The position numbers were made by a program, and so were the translations under genes. Source: Trichoplax adhaerens (lineage: Eukaryota; Animalia; Placozoa). From it: DNA of 64,000 nt. The notes under the pieces were generated by a model. That model ran no database searches. It worked only from the letters and a program-made list of their open reading frames with translations, and had not been told where the DNA came from. The stretch covers positions 62,001 to 126,000 of the forward strand of contig NW_002060965.1 in assembly GCF_000150275.1 (NCBI RefSeq), given 5' to 3'. Below, piece by piece: positions 28,425-42,500 of the stretch (position 1 is the first letter of the stretch; the number at the start of each line of letters is the position of its first letter).

Positions 28425-31400
28425 ATTTTGTAAATGGCAATTAGTGTATTAATCTGTGCGTGGAAATGGTGATTATTGCATAGATTCTTGTAACGCCCGT
28501 CCAATGCAGGTTTACTTTTGGAGATGTTATCAATCGATAAGATACACTGTTACGTGCAGTATATTTTCGTAATATTAATCGCTTTCGATATACCAGAAAG
28601 AAAACTCTTAAAAGAGTCTCTACTAGTCTACTGTTGGTCTACAAAGTATTTTAATATAATTTACGAGGAAGCGAAAGACTACAGATGCACAGTTAGGAAA
28701 TGCGCTTCCACGATGTAGCCAAAAATTCATGCGTACACCTAGTGATGGCAAAAATGCTAATGAATATCAATCTGTTGGTCGTTCAATCATGTGACGTCGA
28801 AACTTTACTTGTGGAAGCCTATCTTTGCATCGTTCTATTCTATGCTGGGGAATGTTGCAATAGATATCGAATAGCTTATTTTGTATCTGTGCTGACCTTC
28901 GATCTAAGCCTTTATAATCGATTTCCAATGATTAAAATTCTAAATTCTATCCTTGTTTCATAAGTTTTCCAGCTAATCAAAGTCACCGCTAGCGAAAATG
29001 TAGATGTGCCGTACATCATCAATTCCGAGAGTACAACGCTAAAAACTATTAGCAGACTAACAGTATCCGTTTTTTACTTATTTATCTATAGCAATTCTCG
29101 CGAATTACACTTTTGACTACATAAACTTTACATAACGTAAAAATTGATTCCATACAGAATTACTAAATAATGCCTATAGATAAAACCTTCTTTCTTTGGT
29201 ACGTTACCACTCATAATATAACTGATTATTAATGATTATAATCGAGCAGCTTTATGATTTCTCATTGAACTAACATTGCATCAGATTTTGGCCGAAATAG
29301 GCATTACTACTATTCGATTTGAAATTTAATTGCTATAATAACTAATTTGATGGCGAGGATGTCAGCCTCAGTCATCTCCAATGCAAGTCTTTCGGTCCTC
29401 ACCGCTGTGAATGACCGAATGGGATTGAATATTGAACACTACTCGTGTTCGTGTATCTGTAAAATTACGTAAACTGCGAAAGAAAAGTACGTATATAAAC
29501 AGATAGGTTCCATATCAATTTGTATCATCCAAGCGGCTGATTTATTATTGTGTTCAAGTTGATCCTGTAGCAGATAGACACTGCTGATTATTACAATCTT
29601 GTAGTACATATTTTGCTGTGTTTATCCAATTAGCCTCTAAATTACAGCGATGAACGCTAGAAATGGAGTAGTTTTACGTGCATGAGAGTGTACAGCTTGT
29701 TGGTCTCGCAAGTCCTTTGTGAGATACATCGTTCATGTGTAAAAAAAAAAGCAATGAATGAAACGATATGGTAAGATTGTAAATATTTTCAGTTTTATAA
29801 CGTCTTCGAAACTACTGATCGGTATCCTAAACTGTTTATCCATTCGATACCCTTGTTGACTTCGATATACTGTAACATATTCTGTGTAATAATTCCATCA
29901 TTCCCTTGAATTCTCTTGCATTGGAGATTGAATCATTCATTTTACAGCGACTTTAGTGCAATCCAAAAAGCTCTACTGGGGGTGATTTTTGTTGTTACTA
30001 TTAAAAATACTGTAGTAAACTACTTCCATCAAGCAGTCCAACCCCTATATGATGAGAGAATGAAATTCCTAAGTTGATGATTTGTAGATTTGCTGTCAAC
30101 AAAAAAACATAAACAGTTTTGAAAGTTCAATGTTTTACAGCTCGTATTATTAAATCAATACCTGCAAAGAGGAGAATGATCATAAGGTTTTACTTAGCAA
30201 GACTGAGATAAAGTAAATACATGGCATAGTAAACACGTGCATTGCACAGGAGTGGACAGGTGACAAACATCAAATACTAAATTAAATGGGCCATGAGTCA
30301 TCAGCTTCGGTCGGCTGTGCTATTATGTTAATAGTGCTGGACTGTTCCTGGAAACATGCAGTAAAATAACAGAATTAATGATAGAATTGGCCAAATACAT
30401 AATAAGCACATGCTATCCATTGGCGATAAAGTGTACGTTTTTATGCGGTAATCGTTTCTATTGATGGTGCAACGCGTTCTATTCCAAGCTTTTACAAATG
30501 TTACCCTTGAAAGTGAAACTATTAGACCCAGAATGGGCTTTGAAGTACTTATGCCATCGGACACGGTAGATTGCCATGGATAACGCTCACGCATACTGTC
30601 TGTCGACTACAATGCGGATTTATGAGTCATCATAACACTGTTGTATAGACTTAATTTATTGCTTAGTACCGTCATTTGGTATCATGATATGACTCTCATA
30701 CTGTACAAATAGAAAATGGCGTTATTTTTAGCGACAGTATGTATATTAATATTATCCCATATTATTATTCAACGTGATGATATACTTTAGTTCCGTATTT
30801 GCTTCGGAGCGATGATCAGCATGCCAGCGCACGGTTTGCGGGCAACACCCGGTCTGATCAGGTCGTTGAAGTTGGTCAATCATTGTAAAATGGAAATGTA
30901 AACATTGAAAACGTTGATGCCGCCTATCCCTTTAAACAGTTCCACACTAGTCCACACTGCACAAACAAGACTCCATCGACCTGTCTATAGAAACAGTAAA
31001 GTATCCTGTATGATTACACAATTTATTTGTCCATGATTATATAAATGCATATAGTATGTGAAAGATACAAAAATAGAATATTTCAACCTAATCGATTTCA
31101 TTGGTTTTTCTATCTTCTCCGTACTAACTGTAAATCAAGAATGGTTGAAGCCATAGAAATACTGATTTGGAAATTACTAACAGTAAATATAGTTCCTGTA
31201 AACAAGTCCTTATGTGAGAATGTAACGTTTACTATATGATGTACAGTACAGTCCTACACTACTCGATATGCATAAATAAAAAAATAAATGATTTGTCTCT
31301 ACGAGATGTTTCACATTTAGTGATCAGATCTAAAATTTACAAAACACAGGCTGTACCATGGGCTACTCGCTGCTTTCAGTAATCCATGACTGTATAGAAT

Positions 31401-32799
31401 CATTATGCACAGTAGAGTAAAATTGATGACACTTACATTTACACCACGGTAATTGTTTATGTGTTGATTATCCACTGTACATTAAAGTTTTCTGGCTCTA
31501 CGCGTAATCGGATGGAGGGGGAGGGGGAAATCACTATCTACAACGTATACAAGTGACGATTTTTAGTTTCTGGTATACCGACTAAATCAGAGAGTGAGTT
31601 CCATGCTACAACCGTGCGTAGCTAGCAATTATACCTCAAAAAACGATCCTATTGCCGCATACATGCTAGCTTTACATAACAACTATTTCTACAAAATTTA
31701 CTTGTACATTTTCTTTTTGAAATCAATTTCAATTTTATTTTATTTGGTACAAGCAAATGGCGTATTATCCTATTTTAATATTGGTATTATCATTGGGCAA
31801 ATGACTTCATCGATTAATTAATTAAGAAGGTACACTATACTTTGGAATTTCGGAGCTTAGCATAAATAATACTAATCATTATCATTTGCAGATAGTAATT
31901 TAATAAAGAAGTACAGTGATTTACGTTGATCATCGTTGATAGGCGTGTATAAGACTGTATCAAGAGTTGATCGTTTCATTGTACTGAGATTGATTAGCAA
32001 TGACACTAAACAGTAATTGATATCAGTTTCAAGGTTTGCGGGCAATATTTCAGAGTAGATCCTACGCGAGAATGAATCGATTATCAGGGATGATAGCAGA
32101 CTAGAATTCTTTACTCATACGATGTTAAGACGTTAAGCTGAATGTCTTTGAACTAAAACGTGAGCTGATTGCAGGAACAGTTTTCTTCCTGGTTATCGGT
32201 GTATTTAGAGTAGGTGGTAGTGATCCTTATGATAATCATTCTATACAGTACAGTGTCTATTTATTATTATGATGATGATCTTGCTGTACTGTAGTAGGCA
32301 CGTTGCTACTGTTGGTCCATTACTCATCACCGTATTTGGATAATGGCTGCATGTAACCTTAAGATACGAATAAAACCTGGCTCTTGACCGATTTTGTGAA
32401 ATCCGTAGTATAGTCAACAGACGTTTCGAAGACACCCGAGTCCCTATCATCAGAGTCTGCCTCTTTTCTATTGGCTCTATTTATTATTTTATCAATCAAC
32501 AATTAGTACTGTACGGTGTTGTACTCCTTTGACAATATCATCTATCGTCTTGGATCATTTCATATAACAATCCTAGCCAGCGATCAAACACAGAAAAAAA
32601 AATACGTAAGCATCATCATCGGGAAGGCATCCATTCTGCCAACAGTTTCTCCTAGAGTACAGTAAAGTAGCAGAGTGGTAAGGCAATATTGAAGTTGCGC
32701 CATTTCGGAACGTCATGGATGTTGTCCATCTTGTGGGTGTGACACACTCTGCACACTTCAAACTAGTAAAAGCAAATGATGCTGAGTGAGTGTGAGTCG

Positions 32800-33300
32800 C
32801 AGCACGAGAATACAGTACACTGTACTGTACGATACAGTACTGTACTGTAGGTATTTCATCATGCCATTGGATGCTTTTCAAAGTCACGGTCGAACGACGA
32901 CAGACTGCCTGGTCAGTACATCCCATTGAATCATCTCACTGACGTGTCGCCTTAACCGCGACCCGGACGTCTTGTTAATGAGCACATGAATCAATCGTAA
33001 ACAACAACAAGCTTGCTCATGCCCAAAAAAAAAGACCGAGTGTGGGTGTAGACTGGACAGAACTGTATACTGCCCACTGAACGTCTATTTTGCAGTCCAT
33101 TCAGCGCCATACAACAAATACAACAGTGTCCTGGACGTCGACTTGGTGTCTGTACGTCATTTGACCACGTGTACCTTTTCCCGGTTGTGTGACATCAACA
33201 AGGTGTGAAGTGATTGGTGGAAAGAACAGAGGTATCTTGATAAGTACCAATCGCATAATAGAGCTTGCTCATCACGTGGACCGTATTCAAAATACATGGA
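32800..33300 (+). promoter_or_regulatory. Putative Mxd promoter: GTACAGTAC array, CpG-rich fold-back element, two CACGTG E-boxes and CCAAT boxes
   Basis: CACGTG at 33166-33171 and 33273-33278; GATTGG at ~33212 and CCAATC at ~33247; lies 240-740 bp upstream of ATG 33541. Confidence 0.55.
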
Positions 33301-33540
33301 AAACAACATGCCTTATCATGTTTTGGTTGAACATTGGGTAATAATAGAAAAATTTTCTGCAGGGTATTACATTAGACATCGTATACATTAGTGCGCTGTA
33401 TTGTATTGTGTCATTTCAGTCAAGTTCAATGACAAGAGAGGATCAGTGGAAGTGGAATAATAATTTATTATTTTTTTTAGTTGAAATCGATTGCATCCTT
33501 TTGACTCTATTTTTACTCCATCAACCTTATCGTTGAGCCA

Positions 33541-36500
33541 ATGACTGGCTTGGAATCTTTGCTCAAAGCTGCTAAATACCTTGAGCAGCAAGGATATCAC
33601 CCTATTCCCGGTAAGTAAACTACAATCTATCCATCATATAAACTTCAATTGATAAAAAATCTGTACCGTTTTGTTCGTAGAAAGAATTTGTACATTAATT
33701 GTTGGGCTTGATTGTATTAACCTCTGCTATGGACTACATAGACTTGTCGACAAATTGCCTTCTCCTAGTCTTGAACGACGACAAAATCAATTGTAGACAA
33801 TCATCGTTGTAGGCCAATGTCGTACTAGCTTTGCTTATTTTGAAATAACCAAGTCAATAGGAGCCAATACTGCTGTACTACAACAGGAGATACGAATTGG
33901 CACTTGATATCGCATCATCAAGTTAACTTGCGCTAGATAACATTTTGTTGAAAAGTTTCTTGTATACTAATGTTAGGATGACCATTACAATAGTAGCCCT
34001 CATTTTTTATTTTACGTTATTATCCACTCGATAGACGATAGTGTGTCCACTCGGTACATTGCATGGGGAATGTATTGTGTCATCGGTAAATACATTGATA
34101 GATGGAGTAGTCCATGATTGTATGCTCTGGCACATCTGTGGGTTGGCAACAACACAGCCGCCAAGATCAGTGTTTGCGCTACGATTGTGGAATGACAGTC
34201 CAGATGTACCTTAGAAGAGATTGTCGATGTCAATCAACGCTTCCATCCGACTACATCTAGTGCACCAAACTTTATATAAGCATACTGTGCTAAAGTCATG
34301 TGAGACAGTGAATGTACACTTTCATCGTACTGGATGTACTGTAGTGTATTCAATAACGTAAAAAACATTTTTTTTAGGCGGTCGTTATGTTTTCGTTGAA
34401 TTAGACGTTCGTTATTATAATTTGGGGAGAAGGGGAAACACCAAATTTAATATAGGTAACCAACTTGATGGAAGCAGTCTCTAAATACCCATCGTGTAGA
34501 CCTGATAGAAATAGTACTAGATAGATGGATGTACGTATCGATCGGTTATGTCGATATCAGTTGGGAAAAATAAATAACATCAATCAAGGCGTACACAATA
34601 CTTTCTTCAAAATTATTGTATAGCGGTTTTTTGTGCGAACCACTGCAGCAACATCACTGTAACTCGAGCGATCATCATTGGCAAATAGATCCACTGTATA
34701 CGTGTATAAAGAAAGAAATACTGGTATAGCAATAGCCGATGGATAGGACCAAATAGTCTAGTCTGTTTTCAATTGAGAATACTGTACCATGGAATATTCA
34801 AAGTGCAACCTGCCTATCTAGTGCTGTACTGTAATAGACCTGATCGGGTACAGTATGTTATTATTGTTCGATCCTGCAATTATTCAGAGGAGGAGGGTCG
34901 AACAGTACGATCACATGAACTAATTCTGCTGAATGAAGCACAACGTTTTAATCATTCAATGAAGACCAAATGTTCTTCGATGCTTTTAAGCTTGCAATAC
35001 TTTTCTTATTCGTAAAAGCCCTATTCAAGTCAACGCCAATTGCGAAATGACCAAGTTCGATGTAGATCTTAGAGTATAGTTTACTAAATTGGGCCAAGCG
35101 CGAGAATTTATACTAGGGCATAAATTTCCCCTTGCGCTGAATGATAATAAACAAAATATTTTTGTTATTTCATTGCTTCAATGAAATTTTATGAATTTTA
35201 TAGTTGGCTTTCTATTCTTTCTCGCACGTGTTATATGTTGTGATCGATGATGTGGCACTGTAAATAGTTGAAATGGTATATTGTAGGAGACACAAAGATG
35301 CCATCGTATAAAGTCATGATGATAACGTTTATATTTCATGGGTTTGATTAATGAAATATTATTTTTGCCTTGTATCCTTTGTGGTATATTTTTAGACACA
35401 CGTGAACAACGGCGTGAAAAACACGAAAATTCCAGGATAACGAAAAGGTCAGAAACTATTCTAGTTTACTACTGTAGTAGATGGTTTAATGAACCGACCA
35501 TTGCATCCTATTGGGAAACGTGCCTACGACTGCATAGACTCAACGTATCTCTTTGTATAGCTGAAGGGTAGCACTGTGTTAGAAAGCATCATCTGAGTAC
35601 TATGATTTAATAGACTCAGCATCGTTGAGAGAAGAAAACCTTCTTTTGTAAGCATGGTGAAAACAATTCACACTCGTCTATGCCTGACTGCTGACTCCAT
35701 AGAGATAGATTGTAGTTGCATCCTTGTACCAAGTAGCAGCACTTTATCAGTCTGTGTGCTGATTCAATTTTGTTTACTGAGAGGGTTTTTTTTTCAATCA
35801 TTTACTTATGGACTGTATAATGACAATACAAACTCGTCAGCACCTACTATCCTATACGTATGTTGGTATGATCATTGATATAAGTCAGGACGTGATAAGT
35901 CCATTTCCATCCACAGCAAGCATTCAGACTTATCATTTAATAAACATAATTTTACCCTCTTGTCCTAAAACACGAGTACGAATAGAATGATGACAAGTTT
36001 CCAATACTTTCATTGAAATGGCAAATTCCATCTTTCCATTACTACAGTATGTTCCAATTTGGATACAAAGTCGTCATTCATGTTATCGGAGACCAACAAC
36101 GACGACTTGTATCACAGTCAAGTACAATATTATTTTATACTGCTAATCACTCATCGTCATCTCCCCCCCCTAGTATCACAGAATTAGTTATTGTCCATGG
36201 TTGCTTTGTCAAGCAAATAAAGTTACTCTATTAATGAATAGTCAATACGGTATTATGATGACCTTTGTTCATCAATCCATGTAGTAATATATTTCCAAGT
36301 TGATTCTTTGTCTTGGCAATATTTTACTGCCTTGATGTACAATTTAATTACGTCAGTATTGCCAATGATCATGTGCTCGTGTCAAAAGGGGAATATAGCG
36401 TGACTGATATTGGAGACTGCTTGCTCCACGTTATTGTCAGTAGGAACGCTCCATTTCATGCATAGATTGTCTTGTGATCGATTGTCCCTCCAAAGTCAAC

Positions 36501-39500
36501 AGCCAAATTTGTTTATGTAGTCTCCACTGGTGCGGATACTTGGCATACGTTTACTTGAACGACGGTGCTAAAACTTCACGCTGAGTTGCCTACTGCCATC
36601 ACCTAAAATGACTCCGAAAGTGTTGGCGTTAAAGACTCTATAGACAATATCCTCGTGTTGTCCACTTTTCACAGGTCTGTTGGCTTATTTCGAGCAGCTC
36701 GACTGAATTTCAATGCAAATACATGACGTCAAAAGCTGCACTAGAAAGGGGGAGCAAAAAAAAAAAGTGTTTATTGATAGTGAGCTAACTGTGTCATACG
36801 ATCGAACTTCCTTCAGTGGACGGTAGCGATTGAATTTGCGACCAAGAATGGATGATAAAACGTTTCAGTATCACCATCATCTACGTTGTTGAACCCAATG
36901 CGAAATCAATTCCTTTTGATAGAACTCTATTCATCACCCTCGTCAGTAAAGTAGGACAGGATATCATCAAAAGAGTCGGCAGGATGATTCACGTTGTTGG
37001 ACTGTAGGCAAAATCAATTCCTTTTGATGGAACTCTGTTCATCACCCTAGTCAGTAAAGTAGGACAGGATATCATCGTATTCGCCTCTGTACAACATCAT
37101 CAAAAGAGTCGGCTGCAGGGAGGATAATCATTCTCAAATACTCAACAAGAGTTGTATTATGCGTGAAAGAGGGAAAAAATACTACGTCAAAACATGCATT
37201 CATGCGTTTAGGGAATGGATGATACAGGCCTTTCCTATCACAAAGTCAATCATGTCTCTGAAAGCATGCTGTATGGCAAAGGATAACCCTACTGTATGGA
37301 CTAGCAGTCGATTATCAAGAAATTGATTGATTGATCCATGAGGAAAACACGCTGGGTCAGAGTGGACTATTCCAATCGGATAGCCGATCGTTAGAAGGAT
37401 GTTACACTACAATCATTCATAGGGTATTTTGAATAGAAAATAAAATTGAAAAAAAATACTATGCTAATAAAACGTGGATGATTACGGCATTATCTAGCTA
37501 TGTTATATTACTAATATTGCATCAAGAAAAGCCATTGCCTCGAGGTGACTGGGCGTGTGACTAGTGGATGACAGCGGGATCACAATGGATTGATTATACT
37601 AATTGATGGCAAGACGAGTCGACGATAATGACTTGATGTAGTGCAAATGAATTTTTTTTTCCATTCCTCAATCATACTATGCAATAGTACAAAGCGAAAT
37701 AGAATCATTTTGGAAATCACTACAGCCATTCCATTTCCATTGGAACTGGTGTTATTTATTTAACACCAACTCGTTCAACATCGCTCATCTTGCTTAGTTT
37801 ACACTCTGTACGTTTTATATTAATGTGCGTATTGTTCATTAATCCTAGGTGTTGGGGTTCGAGTTAATAGTAAGCGTTTTGATTAATCGAATGGATAGAG
37901 TGTGATAGCGAGAAAGCCAACACTGTTGTTGAAATACTCTATCATCCATAGGATTACTATATCATTCAAGCTCATCACCAGCTCGACTAACGTAAAATAC
38001 AAGTTGTTCATCAACGTTTTTCCCAAATGATGAATGCATACTAAAACAATGCATCAGACAATAAACCTCTGTTGTACAGTTGATGCATATTACAATTAAT
38101 TATCTTAATTACTGCCCTATACAGTGTAAAACATCTGAATAGACACTGTGCCCAATGTAGCCTAGTGTCAAGACGTCAATAGTAATATTCAATTGGATAG
38201 TATGTTTCAGTAAACATCCAGACAATCTTGCATCGTTAACTAACAGTAAAATGACAAATAAAAGAAATTTTTATCCAAAAAGAATTCAAGTTGTTATAAT
38301 TGTTATGATAATAGCTATAGTCGATCAATAAACAAATGTCGTTGCACAATTTTCAATGTATAATGTTGTAATAACTTGTTTTGGTTGATTATTTAATGTG
38401 CAGTTGATTGTAACTCGGACTGACGAGAGTCACTTTCTTTCCTCATAATTCCTACCATGTAGATTGCCTAGTCTATCGTATGACGTAAAATTTTAAAAAT
38501 TACTTACAATGCTTTACCCCTGATTGATCTAATCAGAATTAGAATAATCGATTTATATATTTTTTTCTCCCGCTACCTTACAAAGAGTTATGACGTGACT
38601 GAAGATCATTTATTTCCAGAAATAACTGTATGATCGTTAGCATCCGACACGTAAAATGCAATTACAATCGATACGATGGAGAAGCCCTCCCAAAATACAC
38701 AGTTTGCAGTATAATCCTGTACAGCATGGAGAGTCAAAATGGATAAGTTGTTGATAGGTGAAATGACGATTTGTACTGAAATCTGCAGAGCTTTTAGACT
38801 AGTACTCTGCTTGAATGGGTCTGTCTTATTCCAGGCACAAAAGCGCTGTATTAATATTGCATTGAGTAGAAGCATTAGTGAATAATAAAGCTTTTACGTC
38901 AGCAATAATTTACTCCACCTTGATTGCCATCACTATTTTCAAGTCTCAAACAAACTCTATTTTGCTATTTTATATGAATTTTTTCCATTATCATCAGCAG
39001 TATTTGAACAATTTCAACCGTCTTAATGCTATGAAAATCATCGACTGCATCGCATAGTTAATTAATTAATTAATCATAATAATTGAACTAACTTCGATAT
39101 CACCAGAAATGGTGTGAACTGGCTGTATACAACATGTGTACCCTTATAATTTCTATTAAATTACAATTATATAGTGTAGTATCATTTTGTGTGTGGGAAC
39201 GATTGTGGCCATCACTAAAACATGCTATTCAATGAGTTCCCAACTTGAAAAAAAGTAAGTTATACCATCAAAAACAACTCTTCTTTCTTCAACATTCATA
39301 TCCTTGCAAAATTCAACGTAGCACTACAGTACAGTACTAATGTACTATAATGTATTGATAAAAATGCTACATTTACAATAGGTCAGTTATCGTAATAATA
39401 TCAGTTGAGACCATTAGAAGTTAAAAATACGATCCATTGGGGATATTTTGCATAGAATCAAGCATTTTACATTTATGATGGTGCCGTAAAAATTCAAGTC

Positions 39501-42500
39501 ATGCCTATGGATGTGTTGAACATCGCCTACATAGCATGAAGCATTTTCAATATTTTGACGTCTTGTTAACGGCTTGAAATAAAATATACGAAATAATTCA
39601 GTAATTATGATAGTAATGCTAAACAACGAACAAATATGCCACATTGTCCATTTCTATACAGACTACACTGCGTCTGTCATTGATTCTTTAATTAATACAA
39701 AATAGTTTATTATCTGAGAAAATTTTACTTTTGAAGGTAGCGAGTGAGTCAATATAGGATTTAGCACGATGCAAAGAATCATTCAAAATATCAATGCTCG
39801 TTCTCGAGACAACAGACAACAGAATATTCATTAATGAGGAATGGACATCAATGCCCTAGAATTTCTAATTTATGATGATATCATCTTGTACGTTCGGTAC
39901 GACTGTCTATGTAGAGGCATGAGAGCAAATTGAACGCTAGATAGCATGTGAGATTGTCCCTACTTTTTATCCATTTGTTTCCTTTGTATCTTAACGACAA
40001 TAATCATTCTAATTAATCATCATTTTAAATCGCCCCACTTTTGTCTGAGTTCGCGGATGATGATTGATGTACAGTAGTTATTCTATCGGTAAAGTTAAGA
40101 AAAAAAAATCAAGGCGACGATCATCAGTCAGCCACGTTGAATAAAATCAAGGTAAATAATAGTAGTCATCCGATACAAATATGAAAATGTCGATTCGTAT
40201 GGTCGTATTAGAAAATGATAACTAGGAGGGTCTTGTGATACAGCAATAGTCCAAAAATGTCTGCCTTTCACAACAATAACATGGCGATGAATAAATGTTA
40301 TGAAGAATAGGATACACAATTAATTATCATTTCCATGAACTTCCTTGACGTACTCTACAGTACAGAGTAGACTGTGAAATTGTTGACCTTCAATGTCGAT
40401 ACTACTAGCACATGTATTGCATACTATTGATTTTATGAATTTTTCTTCCAATACGTTGATTGGGTAAACTAGCGAACAATATGCTAGGATATGGCTATGG
40501 AAGGAATATAGAATGATCATTGTACAGTACAGTAGGTTTTATACCTTTGCCTTGATGTTAATGTCGAGCTTCCGTATACTACTACGTCAATCGCTACAAA
40601 AGCATCAAAGCATTGACAAGTGACAAAGATATAGAAGGCCGAGGCGAATAGTAGTTTGATGCTAATTATTTTTAATTCATCTACCTAAGTGCAATAATGA
40701 TGATCATCATACTAACACTATGATGATGGTGATGATCCAATGGATAGGATCACTACCATACTTGTATGCCATAGAAACAAACTTTAAAAGATAGAATAGA
40801 ATGCTATTGCTGGACACCATGGCCCAAATGGTACCATGCCAGACATGAATGCTGATGCATTAGGCATTATTTTATTTATTCCTATTGAAATTAAAATTGG
40901 CAATCATACGAATATTTTACTAGTCATCAATCAGATGTACAGTAATGACGTCGATCCATTGTCCATAGCCATTGAATAACTGGCGCCTGTAGTGATACTT
41001 TAGTAAGTATACAGTAAATTATACATCAGTCCACCATCGATCATGGCTTGACGTATGAATTAATTAATGTACAAAGGAATCATCGACTTTGCCTAATCAT
41101 AGTAACGATTGAAATAAAACTACTAGACCCATTCATTACACTTGAAATTGATTTTTTTTGGTACACTATCATCAATTAAGTTGTTCTTTGTCTAACTCTT
41201 GTTGAAACATTTCTTTTCCATATCAATTAATCTTTCTACTTGATCATCAATTCCATAGATTAGGGTAATAAATGAAATTAAAAATTTCTTTCTACTACAA
41301 GCAGGACAATATTGAATGTAATTATTCTATCATTATTCTTCGTCCTGTATACTAAATGATGATTATTATTTGTCTTGTCGGCTACTCCTGACCTCTGAAC
41401 GTGATTAATTAATTAATATGTAAATTAAAGTATTACTGCAGATGCGCTAAGTAACCACATGATCATCTTCCCTGGGGACTTACTCACTTCAATGGATCAA
41501 TTGTTTGAAGGATAGAAAGTTAAACGTTCGTTCAAATGGCGCAATATACATGCTTAATAAAGTATCGCCAGTAATGTACAGTAGAATAAAAAAATCGCTA
41601 CACAACGTACTATTTTCGTACATTATGCCATAGGTCTTAGGGCTGTCCAAACAGCTGACATAATGACGCTGAATATACAGTTAGCAAAGTAAGTAGCTGA
41701 AAGCGATCATCAATAAGTGTGGTCTCTTCATCTACAATCAATGAAGAGTATTCCATTAGCCTAAACTATAATAGTTCGTTGTCATAGGGTAAAGAGAAAA
41801 AACTTCTCCAAGACTTTGATGATTGCGTTGTATCGCATAGACCATTCTCGTATATTAACCCTTAATATTCATTGATTGTAATGCTATCACTGTCATTAAT
41901 GCCATCATGTCAAGACCTAGATGATTGCCTTGTATCGCATGGACCATTCTCTTGTATTATTATTATTAATATTCATTGATTTTGTACTATCACTGTCATG
42001 ATGTCATCATGTTTTAACGATGCCGTATCGTACTAGAATTCAAACTGAATAATAAATTACAGCTTTTCGACACACCTTTAGTACATTTTATTTGCATGAT
42101 TGACGAGGCCATGACATTGCGTCCATTTACAAACTTATCATCGAAATCCATATTTTTATCGCTGTAATTGAGGTATTTCTGTGTAAGTAATACTCGATTA
42201 TAACGGCAATGTGTGACAAATTGTAAAGTAAAAAGTACTGGTACAGCTTGACAGTACGCAAATATCACCAGCGAGAGTTCAATTAGTTAAAATAGTCGCA
42301 ATATCCAAATCAACGTTCTATTTGAGAAATTTTTACATTTCATCGTAAAGGGAATACAACTATCGTCTATGCCCACGCTAATAAATCAACTGGCATTCAC
42401 AATAAGATAGCATTCTACAATCTACATCATCATTGATCAGTACAGTATGCTTTCATCTTTAACGAAAAATTTCTCTTGTCAATGGGTAGAATAAAAATTG

